Shown in pieces: positions 8,415 to 17,075 of a stretch of 64,000 nucleotides of DNA. The translations under genes and the position numbers were made by a program. Within the stretch, counting starts at the first letter, position 1. Each line of letters begins with the position of its first letter. The DNA lies in assembly GCA_016187745.1 (NCBI GenBank), contig JACPJC010000005.1:27220-91219 (forward strand). The letters run 5' to 3'. This DNA comes from Candidatus Iainarchaeum sp. (lineage in GTDB: Archaea > Iainarchaeota > Iainarchaeia > Iainarchaeales > JAXPJC01). Below the pieces are notes generated by a model, which was given only the letters and a program-made list of their open reading frames with translations, did not search any database and had not been told where the DNA came from.

Positions 8415-10487
8415 TTATGCCGAAACTGCTTGCATAATGGGCTTTGTTATTCCATCCTCTTTTTTATCGCGCTCCATTATGTAAATGCGCGAAGTTGCTG
8501 CTTTCTCCATTTCCTTGTCATGGGTTATGATGAAAACCTGCTCCACGAATTCAGGCAGGTGCGCCTTAAGCATTTTGCTGAATTCTTCCACGGCAAGCAC
8601 ATCAAGGTTGTGCGTTGGCTCATCCAGAATTATCCAGCTCAGGTTCTGCGCGAGAACGAGGGAAAGCGCAATCCTTATTGTTATTGCCGCAGCAGAGCGT
8701 TCCCCCCCGCTAAGGATTCCCTCAACCCTTGTCCAATTATTGCGCGCATCCCTCACCTTAATCTCATAATTCCCGTTTTCAATGTCAATTTTTGCTGAAT
8801 TGTAGTCCGCGTAGGGATAGACCTTCCCCCAGACGTTGTGCATTGCCTGGTTTATCGCATCAATCATAAGATTGCGCAGCTCCCCCTGGCTTGCCTTCAG
8901 CGCATTTGTGAATATGCTTAGCTTTTCCACAACAGCCTTCATGTTCCCGATGTCAGATTCCATAACCTTCATTTCATTTTTCATCCCCTCAATCTTCCCG
9001 ATATTCGCCTTTATGCCCCCGATAATCTCATTATTGCTTTCCAGCTCCTTATGCAGTGACTCAATCCCTGAAGTTTCCCTCACATATTCATTTCTCGCAT
9101 TCCTCAGCAAGGATTCATTGAAATTGAGCTCGCGCATCTTCTTCTCAATTGCTTTCTGCTTCTCCGCTGAATTCTGCATTTCCCTGATATAATTTTCCAT
9201 CTTTCCTGCCTTCTCCGCAAGATTCCTGAACTGCATCTCCTTCTCCCTTAATTCCTTCAATGAATTTTCCGCAGAGCTTTTTTCCTGCCTTAGTTTGCTT
9301 CTCTGCGCGCCTATCCTCCCAATTTCAGCTTCGCTCGCCTTCAGCTGCTTCTGCAGCAATTCAATATCCCTCTCATCTTCCGCAACCAGTGCGCGCTTGG
9401 TCTTTTCATCCAGCGCGGACTTGCATATCGGGCAGGAGGCCTTTGCGCCCCTAAGCTGCAGCAGGTTTTCCTGAATTTCAGCAATCCTGCTTTCATGCAC
9501 CTTTGCCTTCTGCATTTCACTGCTTGCAAGCAGGTTGTTCTTCTCAAGCAGCTCATCGAATTTTTTCATTTCATCCTCAAATTCAGCAAGCTTTTTCCTG
9601 CAGCCTTCCGCTTCCTTCCCAATGTCGCTTAATTTCCTTTTTCCAAGCTCTCCCTCAATCCCGGAGATTATCCCGGAAATCTCCTCCGCGCGGGCCTTTG
9701 CCTTGAGCAATTCCTCATTAAGCATGTCGTGCTTCTTTTCCATATCCTCAAGTTTTTCAACTTCAAGGCGCAGTTTTTCAGCAACGCCCTTTGATTTTTC
9801 AATCCTTTTACCCAGTTCTTTTCCATGCAGGGTTTTTTCATCCAGCCTTTTGTTCAGCTCCGCAAGCTCGGAATCGCTTATCCTGTTTTTTTGTTCTGCA
9901 AGAAGTTTCTCCCTGTCCAGCGCCATTGCCTTTATCCTGTTCGCAAGCGCCCCGGCCTGCTCCCTCGCGTTCTCATATCTGTCTATCGCAAGCAGCTCAT
10001 CAATCTTACCCTTCCTTTCGGAGGGATTCAGGCGCAGGAAAAAATCAATCTGGTTCTGCTCCGCATAAACCGCGCGGGAGAACAGGTCAAAATTAATTCC
10101 CAGGATTTCCTCCACTCTCTCATTGACGTCGCTTACCTTCGGCCCTGCAAGGAAGTTTGAGTTCCTGTATATTTTTGCCTCATTGGTCTTTCTGCCAGAG
10201 CTTTTTTGCAATATCCTTTCAATCCTGTAATTTTCATTCCTGTAATCAAACTCTATTGCAACCTTCGCAAAATCAGCGGAAGTCGGCTTTGACATTATCA
10301 CCTCGTCCTGCGAAAGCCGCCTTGCAAGCAGCGCAGGGAACGTGCCAAATAATGCATAGCTTATGGCGTCCATAACGCTTGTTTTCCCGCTGCCCATCTT
10401 CCCTATAATCACATTCGTGCCCTTCCCAAATTCAAGCACGCTGTGCTTATGGCTCTTCCAGTTCTCAAGCTCCACAAGGGAAATCAT
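8415..10487 (-). CDS. rad50: Rad50 (SMC-like DSB-repair ATPase), short coiled-coil form
   Basis: N-terminal Walker A IIGKMGSGKTSVMDAISYALFG. Central zinc-hook CPICKS. C-terminal signature LSGGERSAAAITIRIAL and Walker B ILDEPTHNLD. Start placed at MISLVELENWKSH; the track ORF extends to 10526. Confidence 0.8.
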   Translation of the reverse strand: MISLVELENWKSHKHSVLEFGKGTNVIIGKMGSGKTSVMDAISYALFGTFPALLARRLSQDEVIMSKPTSADFAKVAIEFDYRNENYRIERILQKSSGRKTNEAKIYRNSNFLAGPKVSDVNERVEEILGINFDLFSRAVYAEQNQIDFFLRLNPSERKGKIDELLAIDRYENAREQAGALANRIKAMALDREKLLAEQKNRISDSELAELNKRLDEKTLHGKELGKRIEKSKGVAEKLRLEVEKLEDMEKKHDMLNEELLKAKARAEEISGIISGIEGELGKRKLSDIGKEAEGCRKKLAEFEDEMKKFDELLEKNNLLASSEMQKAKVHESRIAEIQENLLQLRGAKASCPICKSALDEKTKRALVAEDERDIELLQKQLKASEAEIGRIGAQRSKLRQEKSSAENSLKELREKEMQFRNLAEKAGKMENYIREMQNSAEKQKAIEKKMRELNFNESLLRNARNEYVRETSGIESLHKELESNNEIIGGIKANIGKIEGMKNEMKVMESDIGNMKAVVEKLSIFTNALKASQGELRNLMIDAINQAMHNVWGKVYPYADYNSAKIDIENGNYEIKVRDARNNWTRVEGILSGGERSAAAITIRIALSLVLAQNLSWIILDEPTHNLDVLAVEEFSKMLKAHLPEFVEQVFIITHDKEMEKAATSRIYIMERDKKEDGITKPIMQAVSA

Positions 10488-10522
10488 AAATAACCAGTGC
10501 GCGCAAACCAATAAAAGAATAT

Positions 10523-10798
10523 TCAAACAAGCGTCATTCCCGCAACTTCCACATTGCTCACTCCGCTTATCGCCTTTATTGCGCTTTCCAATGCCTCAAG
10601 CACCCCTTCAACCTTGTCCGGGAGAAGGTATGCCGCCTTAATCAGTTCCATTCCAAAAGCCACAGGCTCCTTCTTCACTTCCCTGAATTCCCCTTCCTTC
10701 AGCCCCCTGAGCGCCTTCTCTATGTGCGGAATGTCCCCCACATCCTCAGGATAAACTGCAAAAACCACGAACATCTTACCCATATAAAAAACCGCCAA
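10523..10798 (-). CDS. ef1b: translation elongation factor aEF-1 beta
   Basis: 91 aa with the conserved FGMELIK...KVEGVLEALESAIKAISGVSNVEV pattern and size of archaeal EF-1 beta. Immediately upstream of rad50 on the same strand. Confidence 0.7.
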   Translation of the reverse strand: MAVFYMGKMFVVFAVYPEDVGDIPHIEKALRGLKEGEFREVKKEPVAFGMELIKAAYLLPDKVEGVLEALESAIKAISGVSNVEVAGMTLV

Positions 10799-10804
10799 AC
10801 AGGC

Positions 10805-10969
10805 TTAAGGGCCTGTAAATCCGCACTTCGGGCATGTGTATGTGTTTACAATCTCCCTGCAGTGCACGCATCTCACGATATTGGACTTGCCGCACTTCGG
10901 GCAGCGGAACTCCGCATAGTCCCTTGTGACCTTCTTATTGCACGTTGTGCAGATTTTCATTGCATTCAT
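10805..10969 (-). CDS. small zinc-ribbon protein (four CxxC pairs), the type that commonly accompanies aEF-1 beta in archaea
   Basis: 55 aa, MNAMKICTTCNKKVTRDYAEFRCPKCGKSNIVRCVHCREIVNTYTCPKCGFTGP, translated by hand from the minus strand; below the track cutoff. TATA (rc CTTTATAAAA) about 25 nt upstream. Confidence 0.6.
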   Translation of the reverse strand: MNAMKICTTCNKKVTRDYAEFRCPKCGKSNIVRCVHCREIVNTYTCPKCGFTGP

Positions 10970-11096
10970 ACATTGCACCAAATCCGTATTTTATAAAGGC
11001 TTAAATAATCAGATATAGTAATATTCCATATAAGCAAAGATTAAAAACCCTCCTGAAAAAGCGGAAGGTATCGGAAACGAAGGGTTTCTGATTGCA

Positions 11097-11168
11097 GGAC
11101 CCATCGGCTAATGGACAGGCCAGACGGCTTCGGACCGTCCAATGGGGGTTCGATTCCCTCTGGGTCCA
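11097..11168 (+). tRNA. tRNA-Arg (anticodon TCG)
   Basis: Cloverleaf folds by hand: acceptor GGACCCA/TGGGTCC, D-stem GGCT/GGCC, anticodon stem GACGG/CCGTC with loop CTTCGGA (anticodon TCG), 4-nt variable loop, T-stem GGGGG/CCCTC with T-loop TTCGATT, discriminator A. CCA is not encoded. Confidence 0.75.
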
Positions 11169-11173
11169 ACCAC

Positions 11174-11241
11174 CAATCCCTTTTCTTTTAGGAAAAGAAA
11201 AGGTCTAGGTTTTACCCCAAAAGAAAAATAGGTTTCAAGTT
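11174..11241. repeat. intergenic repeat element, copy B (CCAATCCCTTTTCTTTTAGGAAAAGAAAAGGTCTAGGTTTTACCCCAAAAGAAAAATAGGTTTCAAGTT)
   Basis: Fills the gap between the tRNA-Arg 3' end and the stop of the convergent minus-strand gene (11257). Carries T-tracts on both strands. Confidence 0.5.
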
Positions 11242-11256
11242 GCCAAAAAGAAAATG

Positions 11257-12570
11257 CTATATGAATTTGTTTTTCCTTAACAGGCCTTCCAGATTTGGCT
11301 TTCCTAATTCCTCCAATTCGTAGCTAACTTCGATTGCAGGCTTATTGAGTTTCAGTATTCTTGCAAGATTCACAGGCGTTGCATCCACAACATAATCGCA
11401 CGGGGTCCTGTTTATTGTTGATTCCAGCTCAGCAACCTGCTTTTTTCCATAGCCGAGCGCAGGCAACACATTGCGCAGATGCTTCCATTTTTTCAATTCC
11501 TTCCTTAATGAGCCGACAGCATACTTATGCGGAGCAATGATTATTGCCTTGTGCTTTTTTGCAACAATAATGCCTGCGCCATAAGCCATGTTCCCATGTG
11601 TAAGCGTAGGGCCATCCTCAACAACCAGGACCTTTTTATTATGCATTTTCCAGGCAAGCGGAGAAATCAATTCCGAATTTGCCTTTACAATCCTTGCATT
11701 TGGATTCACAAGCCTCGCATTTTCAATTATCTCTTTTATTGCCTTTTTCTTTGCGGTATTCATCTTGTTTATTACAATCACATCAGCCATCCTGAAGTTT
11801 GTTTCTCCGGGATGATAAAGCAGCTCGTGCCCCGCCCTGTGCGGATCGGTAACAACAATCAGCAAATCCGGTTTTATGAATGGGAAATCATTATTGCCTC
11901 CATCCCAAATTATTACTTCAGCTTCCTTTTCAGCAGCACGCAGGATTTTTTCATAATCCACTCCTGCATAAACTATTGCGCCCCTTTCAATCAAGGGTTC
12001 ATACTCCTCCATTTCCTCAATTGTGCACTTTTGCCTTTTCAAATCATCAATACGCTCAAACCTCTGGCATCCCTGCAGCAGCAAATTCCCATAAGGCATT
12101 GGATGCCTTATCACAACCGCTTTCTTTCTGTGTGTTTTCAGAATATCAAGGATTCTCCTTGTGGTCTGGCTCTTTCCCGAGCCTGTGCGGACTGCACATA
12201 CAGCAATTACTTTCTTCGTTGATTCCAGCATTGTTTCCTTTGGCCCAAGAAGTGAAAAGCCCGCTCCGCAGGCAAGCACGATGCTCGCCTTGTGCATGAC
12301 CTCTTCATGGCTTACATCAGAATAAGCAAATACAACTTCATGCGCATTGAATTTCTTAATCAATTTTGGCAGTTCTGCTTCAGGATAGATAGGAAGCCCT
12401 TTTTTGTACAATCTGCCGGCAAGTTCTGCAGGATATTTGCGATTTGTAATTTCTGGAATCTGAGTTGCAGTAAAACAAACAACATTATAATTCGGATTAT
12501 TTCTAAATGCTATATTGAAATTGTGGAAATCCCTTCCAGCAGCGCCCATTATTATTACGTTTCTGCGCAT
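11257..12570 (-). CDS. P-loop NTPase with an N-terminal Rossmann-like domain, cyclic 2,3-diphosphoglycerate synthetase-like (CPGS/DUF1611-related)
   Basis: 437 aa. N-terminal IIMGAAGRDF Rossmann-like strand. Walker A AVRTGSGKSQTT. Walker-B-like VIIWDGGNNDFPF. The CPGS name rests on recalled family resemblance and needs an HMM search. Confidence 0.35.
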   Translation of the reverse strand: MRRNVIIMGAAGRDFHNFNIAFRNNPNYNVVCFTATQIPEITNRKYPAELAGRLYKKGLPIYPEAELPKLIKKFNAHEVVFAYSDVSHEEVMHKASIVLACGAGFSLLGPKETMLESTKKVIAVCAVRTGSGKSQTTRRILDILKTHRKKAVVIRHPMPYGNLLLQGCQRFERIDDLKRQKCTIEEMEEYEPLIERGAIVYAGVDYEKILRAAEKEAEVIIWDGGNNDFPFIKPDLLIVVTDPHRAGHELLYHPGETNFRMADVIVINKMNTAKKKAIKEIIENARLVNPNARIVKANSELISPLAWKMHNKKVLVVEDGPTLTHGNMAYGAGIIVAKKHKAIIIAPHKYAVGSLRKELKKWKHLRNVLPALGYGKKQVAELESTINRTPCDYVVDATPVNLARILKLNKPAIEVSYELEELGKPNLEGLLRKNKFI

Positions 12571-12580
12571 TCCTCACTCC

Positions 12581-13963
12581 CTATTCCATAAATTCTTCCT
12601 TTCCCTTGAGATAGCGCGTCAAAAAGCGCCGGAATTCCGCATTCTTCCCGTAAAGCGCCGATATTCCTTTCGCATCCAGAACCCTGCAGCCGGATTTTAT
12701 TGCGCGCTTTATGTCTTTTTTCTCCTTTTTTGCCAATTCCTTTGCATTAACGCAAAGCAGCTTTTTCACATCCGCAAATTCGCGCCTTGTTTCAATCACC
12801 CAGCGCCCTTTCTCAATCCTGGGACCTGAAATTATCCTCCCCTTGTGCGCCGCAATAAATCTTTTTTGGTTTTCCAAATCCTCCGCAAAAGGCCCGATGC
12901 GCCCCATTGTTTTCGGAAGCGCCAATTCCTTAAGCTCGTAAATCAGCGCAATTGTTTTTTTCTCATCGCTCCAGCTGTCTGAGCGCACAACATCAAATTC
13001 ATACTGCTTCAGCTGCACAGAAATCTTCCTCTCAAGCCTTCTCAGTTCGCCCCACATTATGTCCGGCAGGACATTCTTCGGATATGCCAGCTGCAGCGCA
13101 ATTATTTCCTTTTTTGAAAGCATTTGCCTTATTTTCCCAATGCCCCAGCATTTCACAAGCTCTGGAAAGAAAAATTTCTCAGCCGGCTTTTCCAAAAACG
13201 CATTTGCAGCAAGCACCATCCTTTCAAACTGCTCGCGGGAAAGCGCTGCAGCAACATTCCTCCCCTTGTCTATCGGGTCAATTATTATAAGCGCAGAAGC
13301 AGGGAACATTTTTCTCACATCTTTCTCATTCCAATAACCCTCCAAATCAATTACCTTCCCGAAATGCCACTCCGCAATTGCCTTCAGGCAGTCCTCAAAT
13401 TCCCCATATTCCAGAATAAGCAGCTCAATTACATATCCCGGAACGCTTGCAAATTTCAGGTCAGCGCCATAACAGCCGATTCCCTTCATGAACTGGCGCA
13501 GCAATCTTACTTCGCTCCTGTGCCCTTCATTCAGGTTCTTCAGCAGGTATTTTGTATGAAAGGCAGTCCGGTCAACAGCACTTTTCAGTTCCCCTGTGTG
13601 CTCAATCTTATAGCTCGGAACAATCTCAACATCATACCCTTCAACATTTGCGCGAAGGTAAGGATGTTCGGAATACGCCTCAAACCATTTGTATCCCTTA
13701 AGCACCTTCTTTCCGATGCGAAGCCCCTCCTTTACAAATTCCTCCCTTGAGAGATGCTTTGGAAACAAAACAAAAATATCAATGTCCCTGTCGCCTTTAA
13801 GATGGGTGTTCCGCGCAAGAGAGCCGGCCAGCAGGCAATCGACATGCCTGCCCTCCATTGATTTTATCTTCCCAATAAGTTTGTCCGCAAGCGCAATTTC
13901 GCTTGCATACTCCAAGGCGCTTGGGGTTATTTTTGCAAGCACTTTTTGCAGCAGCTTGTCCAT
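12581..13963 (-). CDS. cca: tRNA CCA-adding enzyme (archaeal class I nucleotidyltransferase)
   Basis: 460 aa. Pol-beta-type nucleotidyltransferase motif GSLARNTHLKGDRDIDIFV near the N-terminus. Size matches archaeal CCA enzymes. Confidence 0.8.
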   Translation of the reverse strand: MDKLLQKVLAKITPSALEYASEIALADKLIGKIKSMEGRHVDCLLAGSLARNTHLKGDRDIDIFVLFPKHLSREEFVKEGLRIGKKVLKGYKWFEAYSEHPYLRANVEGYDVEIVPSYKIEHTGELKSAVDRTAFHTKYLLKNLNEGHRSEVRLLRQFMKGIGCYGADLKFASVPGYVIELLILEYGEFEDCLKAIAEWHFGKVIDLEGYWNEKDVRKMFPASALIIIDPIDKGRNVAAALSREQFERMVLAANAFLEKPAEKFFFPELVKCWGIGKIRQMLSKKEIIALQLAYPKNVLPDIMWGELRRLERKISVQLKQYEFDVVRSDSWSDEKKTIALIYELKELALPKTMGRIGPFAEDLENQKRFIAAHKGRIISGPRIEKGRWVIETRREFADVKKLLCVNAKELAKKEKKDIKRAIKSGCRVLDAKGISALYGKNAEFRRFLTRYLKGKEEFME

Positions 13964-14016
13964 GTTAGCAATTATATAGAAAGAGGAATATATTGGTTTT
14001 GTTTAAACAAAACCAA

Positions 14017-14553
14017 CTACTTAAGCATTACTCTCCTTACCACACTATATTCAGGCCCACTCCGCATGAGCTTGCTTTCCATTATGTCAATGCTTTCCAC
14101 TTTAATGTTTGCGGAGTAATTTTCGGCCTTCAATCTTCCAAGCACCTCATCAACTTCCCTTCTTTTTAGCATTTTATTCCTTGCAAGAGTGATATGCGCA
14201 TGGAACCTTTCATCATGGAGACTGAGCGCATCATCAATCATTGCGGAAATGCGCTGAAACTCCCCGCTTCCTTCAGCAATTCCAATCCATATTACGCGCG
14301 CATTGAAATCCCCAATCCCTGAAATGGTTGCATTGAAGCGGGTCTCATTTTCAATAATTTGCATTTTTTCCCCAATTTCCTCCAGCTTTTCATCGCTTAC
14401 ATAACCCAAAAATTTCATTGTTATGTGCAGGTTCTGCATTCCCACAACCTTGCACTTTTCTTGCGGAATTTTGCAACTCAGCCTTTCATAAATCTGCCGC
14501 TTGATTTCCTCAGGCAGATTGACTGCAATGAAAATCCTTCTAAATTCCGCCAT
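14017..14553 (-). CDS. thpR: RNA 2',3'-cyclic phosphodiesterase (2H phosphoesterase, ThpR/LigT family)
   Basis: Two H-x-T-x motifs, HITMKFLG and HAHITLAR, in a protein of about 180 aa. Start taken at MAEFRRIFIAV. Confidence 0.75.
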   Translation of the reverse strand: MAEFRRIFIAVNLPEEIKRQIYERLSCKIPQEKCKVVGMQNLHITMKFLGYVSDEKLEEIGEKMQIIENETRFNATISGIGDFNARVIWIGIAEGSGEFQRISAMIDDALSLHDERFHAHITLARNKMLKRREVDEVLGRLKAENYSANIKVESIDIMESKLMRSGPEYSVVRRVMLK

Positions 14554-14673
14554 ATTCTCACACAAGCCTTAAAATGAAAGTCTTTGTTCCAACATAATTC
14601 TTGGGATATATTCTCACAGGCTTCCATTCTTTTGCCTTTGCCATGACTCTCAGCATCCCGTGATTTTCAGAGC

Positions 14674-14958
14674 TTACATCAATAAACAATTTCCTATTTT
14701 GTTTTTCTTTGCATAATCTGCAATGTCCTTAAGAAATTCTCCAGCCAGATCATGCCCCCTGCGCTTCGGATGCACATACACCCTGGATATGTGCAAGCCG
14801 TATTTGCCTTCCTTGTGGAACAAAGCGAATGAGCCTCCTATCTTGCGTGGCACATTAATTAATGCTGGTTCCGGGAGAGCGTTTGCATGCACAGGCTTTC
14901 CTGAATGTGCAATAATCACATTTCCATATCTTGCATGATTTATTTTCACGCGCCTCAT
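14674..14958 (-). CDS. GNAT-family N-acetyltransferase, apparently truncated after motif A
   Basis: 94 aa. VYVHPKRRGHDLAGEFLKDI fits GNAT motif A (Q/R-x-x-G-x-G/A). The ORF stops where motif B and the C-terminal segment would follow; a +1 frame continues with ENHGMLRVMAKAKEWKPV. Confidence 0.4.
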   Translation of the reverse strand: MRRVKINHARYGNVIIAHSGKPVHANALPEPALINVPRKIGGSFALFHKEGKYGLHISRVYVHPKRRGHDLAGEFLKDIADYAKKNKIGNCLLM

Positions 14959-15563
14959 TCCAGTTTCTCCTTCGCGGCTTTCTCAAGCCTCTTCAAAAGT
15001 TCGTAATTCTTCCTCAGTTTGCTGTTTGCCTCATCCAGTATCTGCTTCATATATTCCCTCTCAATGAGTATTTTCGCGCCCTTTTTTACAGGCAGGCTTA
15101 TGCTTTGAGTGCCAACAAACTCCGCAATGCATTTTCCCTTCTTTGCGACTATTATGCCCCCGCGCTTTACCCCCGCATTGCGCATCACATTTAGCAATGA
15201 ATCCGCATCCCCGAGGCTTTTTGTTCCAATGTGAATTATGAACGGCTCCATCTTGAACCAGAGGGTTCCAGTGCTCTTCGCTTCCAATCCCCTCCATAAT
15301 TCAGCAAATTTAACCGCGCGGTGCCATTTCCTGTGGAAGTAGCTTTCCTCCTTTGTTCCCTTACCATACAATCCCAGAAGCATTATCCTTCCCGCGCACC
15401 CGGATGAAGTGAAAAAATTCTTTGTGGAATTTATGTAATTGCACAAAGAAAGCATTTTTTCATCAGCCTTTCCTTCCCTTACCGCATTTTCCCAGTTTTC
15501 CCTGTTGTGCAGCTTGCTCATCCTCCAGCGCTCATTTTCCGAAAAATCCATAAGCCTCTTCAT
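14955..15563 (-). CDS. taw3: tRNA wybutosine-pathway protein Taw3/TYW3-like (SAM-dependent methyltransferase)
   Basis: 202 aa containing FFTSSGCAGRIML, close to the conserved SSCSGRI motif of the TYW3 family. Size fits. Confidence 0.55.
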   Translation of the reverse strand: MKRLMDFSENERWRMSKLHNRENWENAVREGKADEKMLSLCNYINSTKNFFTSSGCAGRIMLLGLYGKGTKEESYFHRKWHRAVKFAELWRGLEAKSTGTLWFKMEPFIIHIGTKSLGDADSLLNVMRNAGVKRGGIIVAKKGKCIAEFVGTQSISLPVKKGAKILIEREYMKQILDEANSKLRKNYELLKRLEKAAKEKLE

Positions 15564-16228
15564 ATTTCAAATTGCACCTTCAGCAGTTTCATTTTTCCGT
15601 TAAGTTCGGCGAGCAGGGCATTCCCCTCTTTCAGCGGGCCGACATTTATGGATTTTGTTTTTCCAATTTCAATCTCCCCCTTCGCCTCGTGCACATGCGC
15701 GCATATGTGCAGCAGGGGCTGGAACTTCTCAATCGCCCTGCTTATTTCCCTGCAGCCGAGATGCACGCCAAATCCCGCAAGGTCAATTTTTACATTATAC
15801 GGGGGGGAATGCGTAACAAGGATTGTTTTTTTCGGGTTCGTTCCGGGAAGCAGCCCATTCAAAACTTTTTTTGCCTCCAAATCCCCGAGGCTGAACTTAT
15901 AAAAAGTGTGGTAGGGGATTGCGCCGCCAAGCCCGATGAAAGCATAGCCCCCGAATTCAATTTTTCTCTTGTGCAGGAGAATTCCCTTTTTCTCCAGCAG
16001 TTCCACAACTTGCTTGCCGTCCATGTTCCCCGGAACCGCAATTATTTTTTCCGCAAAATCCAGCTCATTTAGGACCCTTTCAGCGCTTTCAGCCATGCCG
16101 TCATCAGTTATGTCCCCGGCAATTGCAATCAAACCAATCCCGGCACCTGAAAATTTCTCCTTAAGCCTCCGCGCGGCAAGCGCATTGGAATGCGCATCAG
16201 CAATGAAAAGCACTTTCATGAAAACCAA
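15560..16228 (-). CDS. metallophosphoesterase (calcineurin-like, YfcE/MJ0936-type)
   Basis: MPP motifs: IADAHS (D-x-H), AGDITDDG (GD-x-x-D), GNMDG, THSPP, AHVHEAKG. Only 222 aa and lacks the Mre11 capping domain. ATGA overlap with taw3. Confidence 0.7.
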   Translation of the reverse strand: MVFMKVLFIADAHSNALAARRLKEKFSGAGIGLIAIAGDITDDGMAESAERVLNELDFAEKIIAVPGNMDGKQVVELLEKKGILLHKRKIEFGGYAFIGLGGAIPYHTFYKFSLGDLEAKKVLNGLLPGTNPKKTILVTHSPPYNVKIDLAGFGVHLGCREISRAIEKFQPLLHICAHVHEAKGEIEIGKTKSINVGPLKEGNALLAELNGKMKLLKVQFEI

Positions 16229-16270
16229 CCTTTATAATTTTATATCCTTAATTATATATTGGGGTGCAGA

Positions 16271-17071
16271 ATGTTAAATAAGTTTGTTATTTTGCTTCTT
16301 TTGACCCTTATGCTGGGCTTTGCAAGCGCGGACATTCTGATAACTTCCCCAATGGAAAGCCGCCTTCTCCCGAATGAAAGGCTCGAGCTCGGCTCAATTT
16401 CTCCCGGAGAAACGCTCATAATAGGCATTAATTCAGACACGGGCTACACGACCCAGCAGAAATGGAGCAGGGCGGAATTCATTGCGGAAACGCTCCCCGA
16501 GAACTGGGAATACACTAACTCAAAATACCTTGCGGATGTTTTTACACTGCAGCTGAAAGTTCCGGAAGATGCGGAAAAAGGCGCATACAATGCGAAAATA
16601 AAGCTTACAGACGTGAAGCACAACATTCCGGATGAATTTGTGCAGCTTCTTTTCTATGTTGAGGACAATTTGATAACCGCGGACATTTCGGATTTGAGGC
16701 AGGATGTGGTTGTTGGAACCGAAGCAAAATTCAAGCTCACAATAATAAACGACTCAATAGCTGAACATGAAATTTCTGTTTCCTCAACGCTCCCGAGCTA
16801 CTGGTTTGCGGAGCAGAAAATAACAGCAAAGCCGAAATCAGTAATCACAAAAACCCTTAAGGTCGATCCGAGGGTATATGGCGCAAAGCAGTTTGATTTT
16901 TACATAGCTTCAGAACAAACAGGAAAGAAAATCGCAACATTCAATGCGCAGCTGAATGTTCTCCCTACCCCCCCAAGCAAGTTCGCGTCCGGCTTCAACG
17001 GCCTTGCGTTCTTCACCCCGAACATGCTTGTAAGCTATTTCATAAACTCATTCATAAGCCTGCTTGGTTAA
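16271..17071 (+). CDS. secreted or surface hypothetical protein (N-terminal signal peptide, hydrophobic C-terminus)
   Basis: ATG at 16271 gives MLNKFVILLLLTLMLGFASA, a signal-peptide-like N-terminus, then a beta-rich body and a hydrophobic C-terminal tail. The track starts at TTG 16259. Confidence 0.5.
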   Translation: MLNKFVILLLLTLMLGFASADILITSPMESRLLPNERLELGSISPGETLIIGINSDTGYTTQQKWSRAEFIAETLPENWEYTNSKYLADVFTLQLKVPEDAEKGAYNAKIKLTDVKHNIPDEFVQLLFYVEDNLITADISDLRQDVVVGTEAKFKLTIINDSIAEHEISVSSTLPSYWFAEQKITAKPKSVITKTLKVDPRVYGAKQFDFYIASEQTGKKIATFNAQLNVLPTPPSKFASGFNGLAFFTPNMLVSYFINSFISLLG

Positions 17072-17075
17072 ATTT

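Noticed and set aside
9260-10641. Several plus-strand ORFs antisense to rad50 (for example 9535-10068, Ser/Phe-rich)
   Set aside because: Low-complexity antisense translations of a coiled-coil gene rich in GAA/AAG codons; no start or promoter context.
15560-16228. Metallophosphoesterase as a possible missing Mre11
   Set aside because: Only 222 aa, GNMD instead of GNHD, no Mre11 capping or DNA-binding domain, and it is ATGA-coupled to taw3 rather than to rad50. It looks like a generic YfcE/MJ0936-type MPP.
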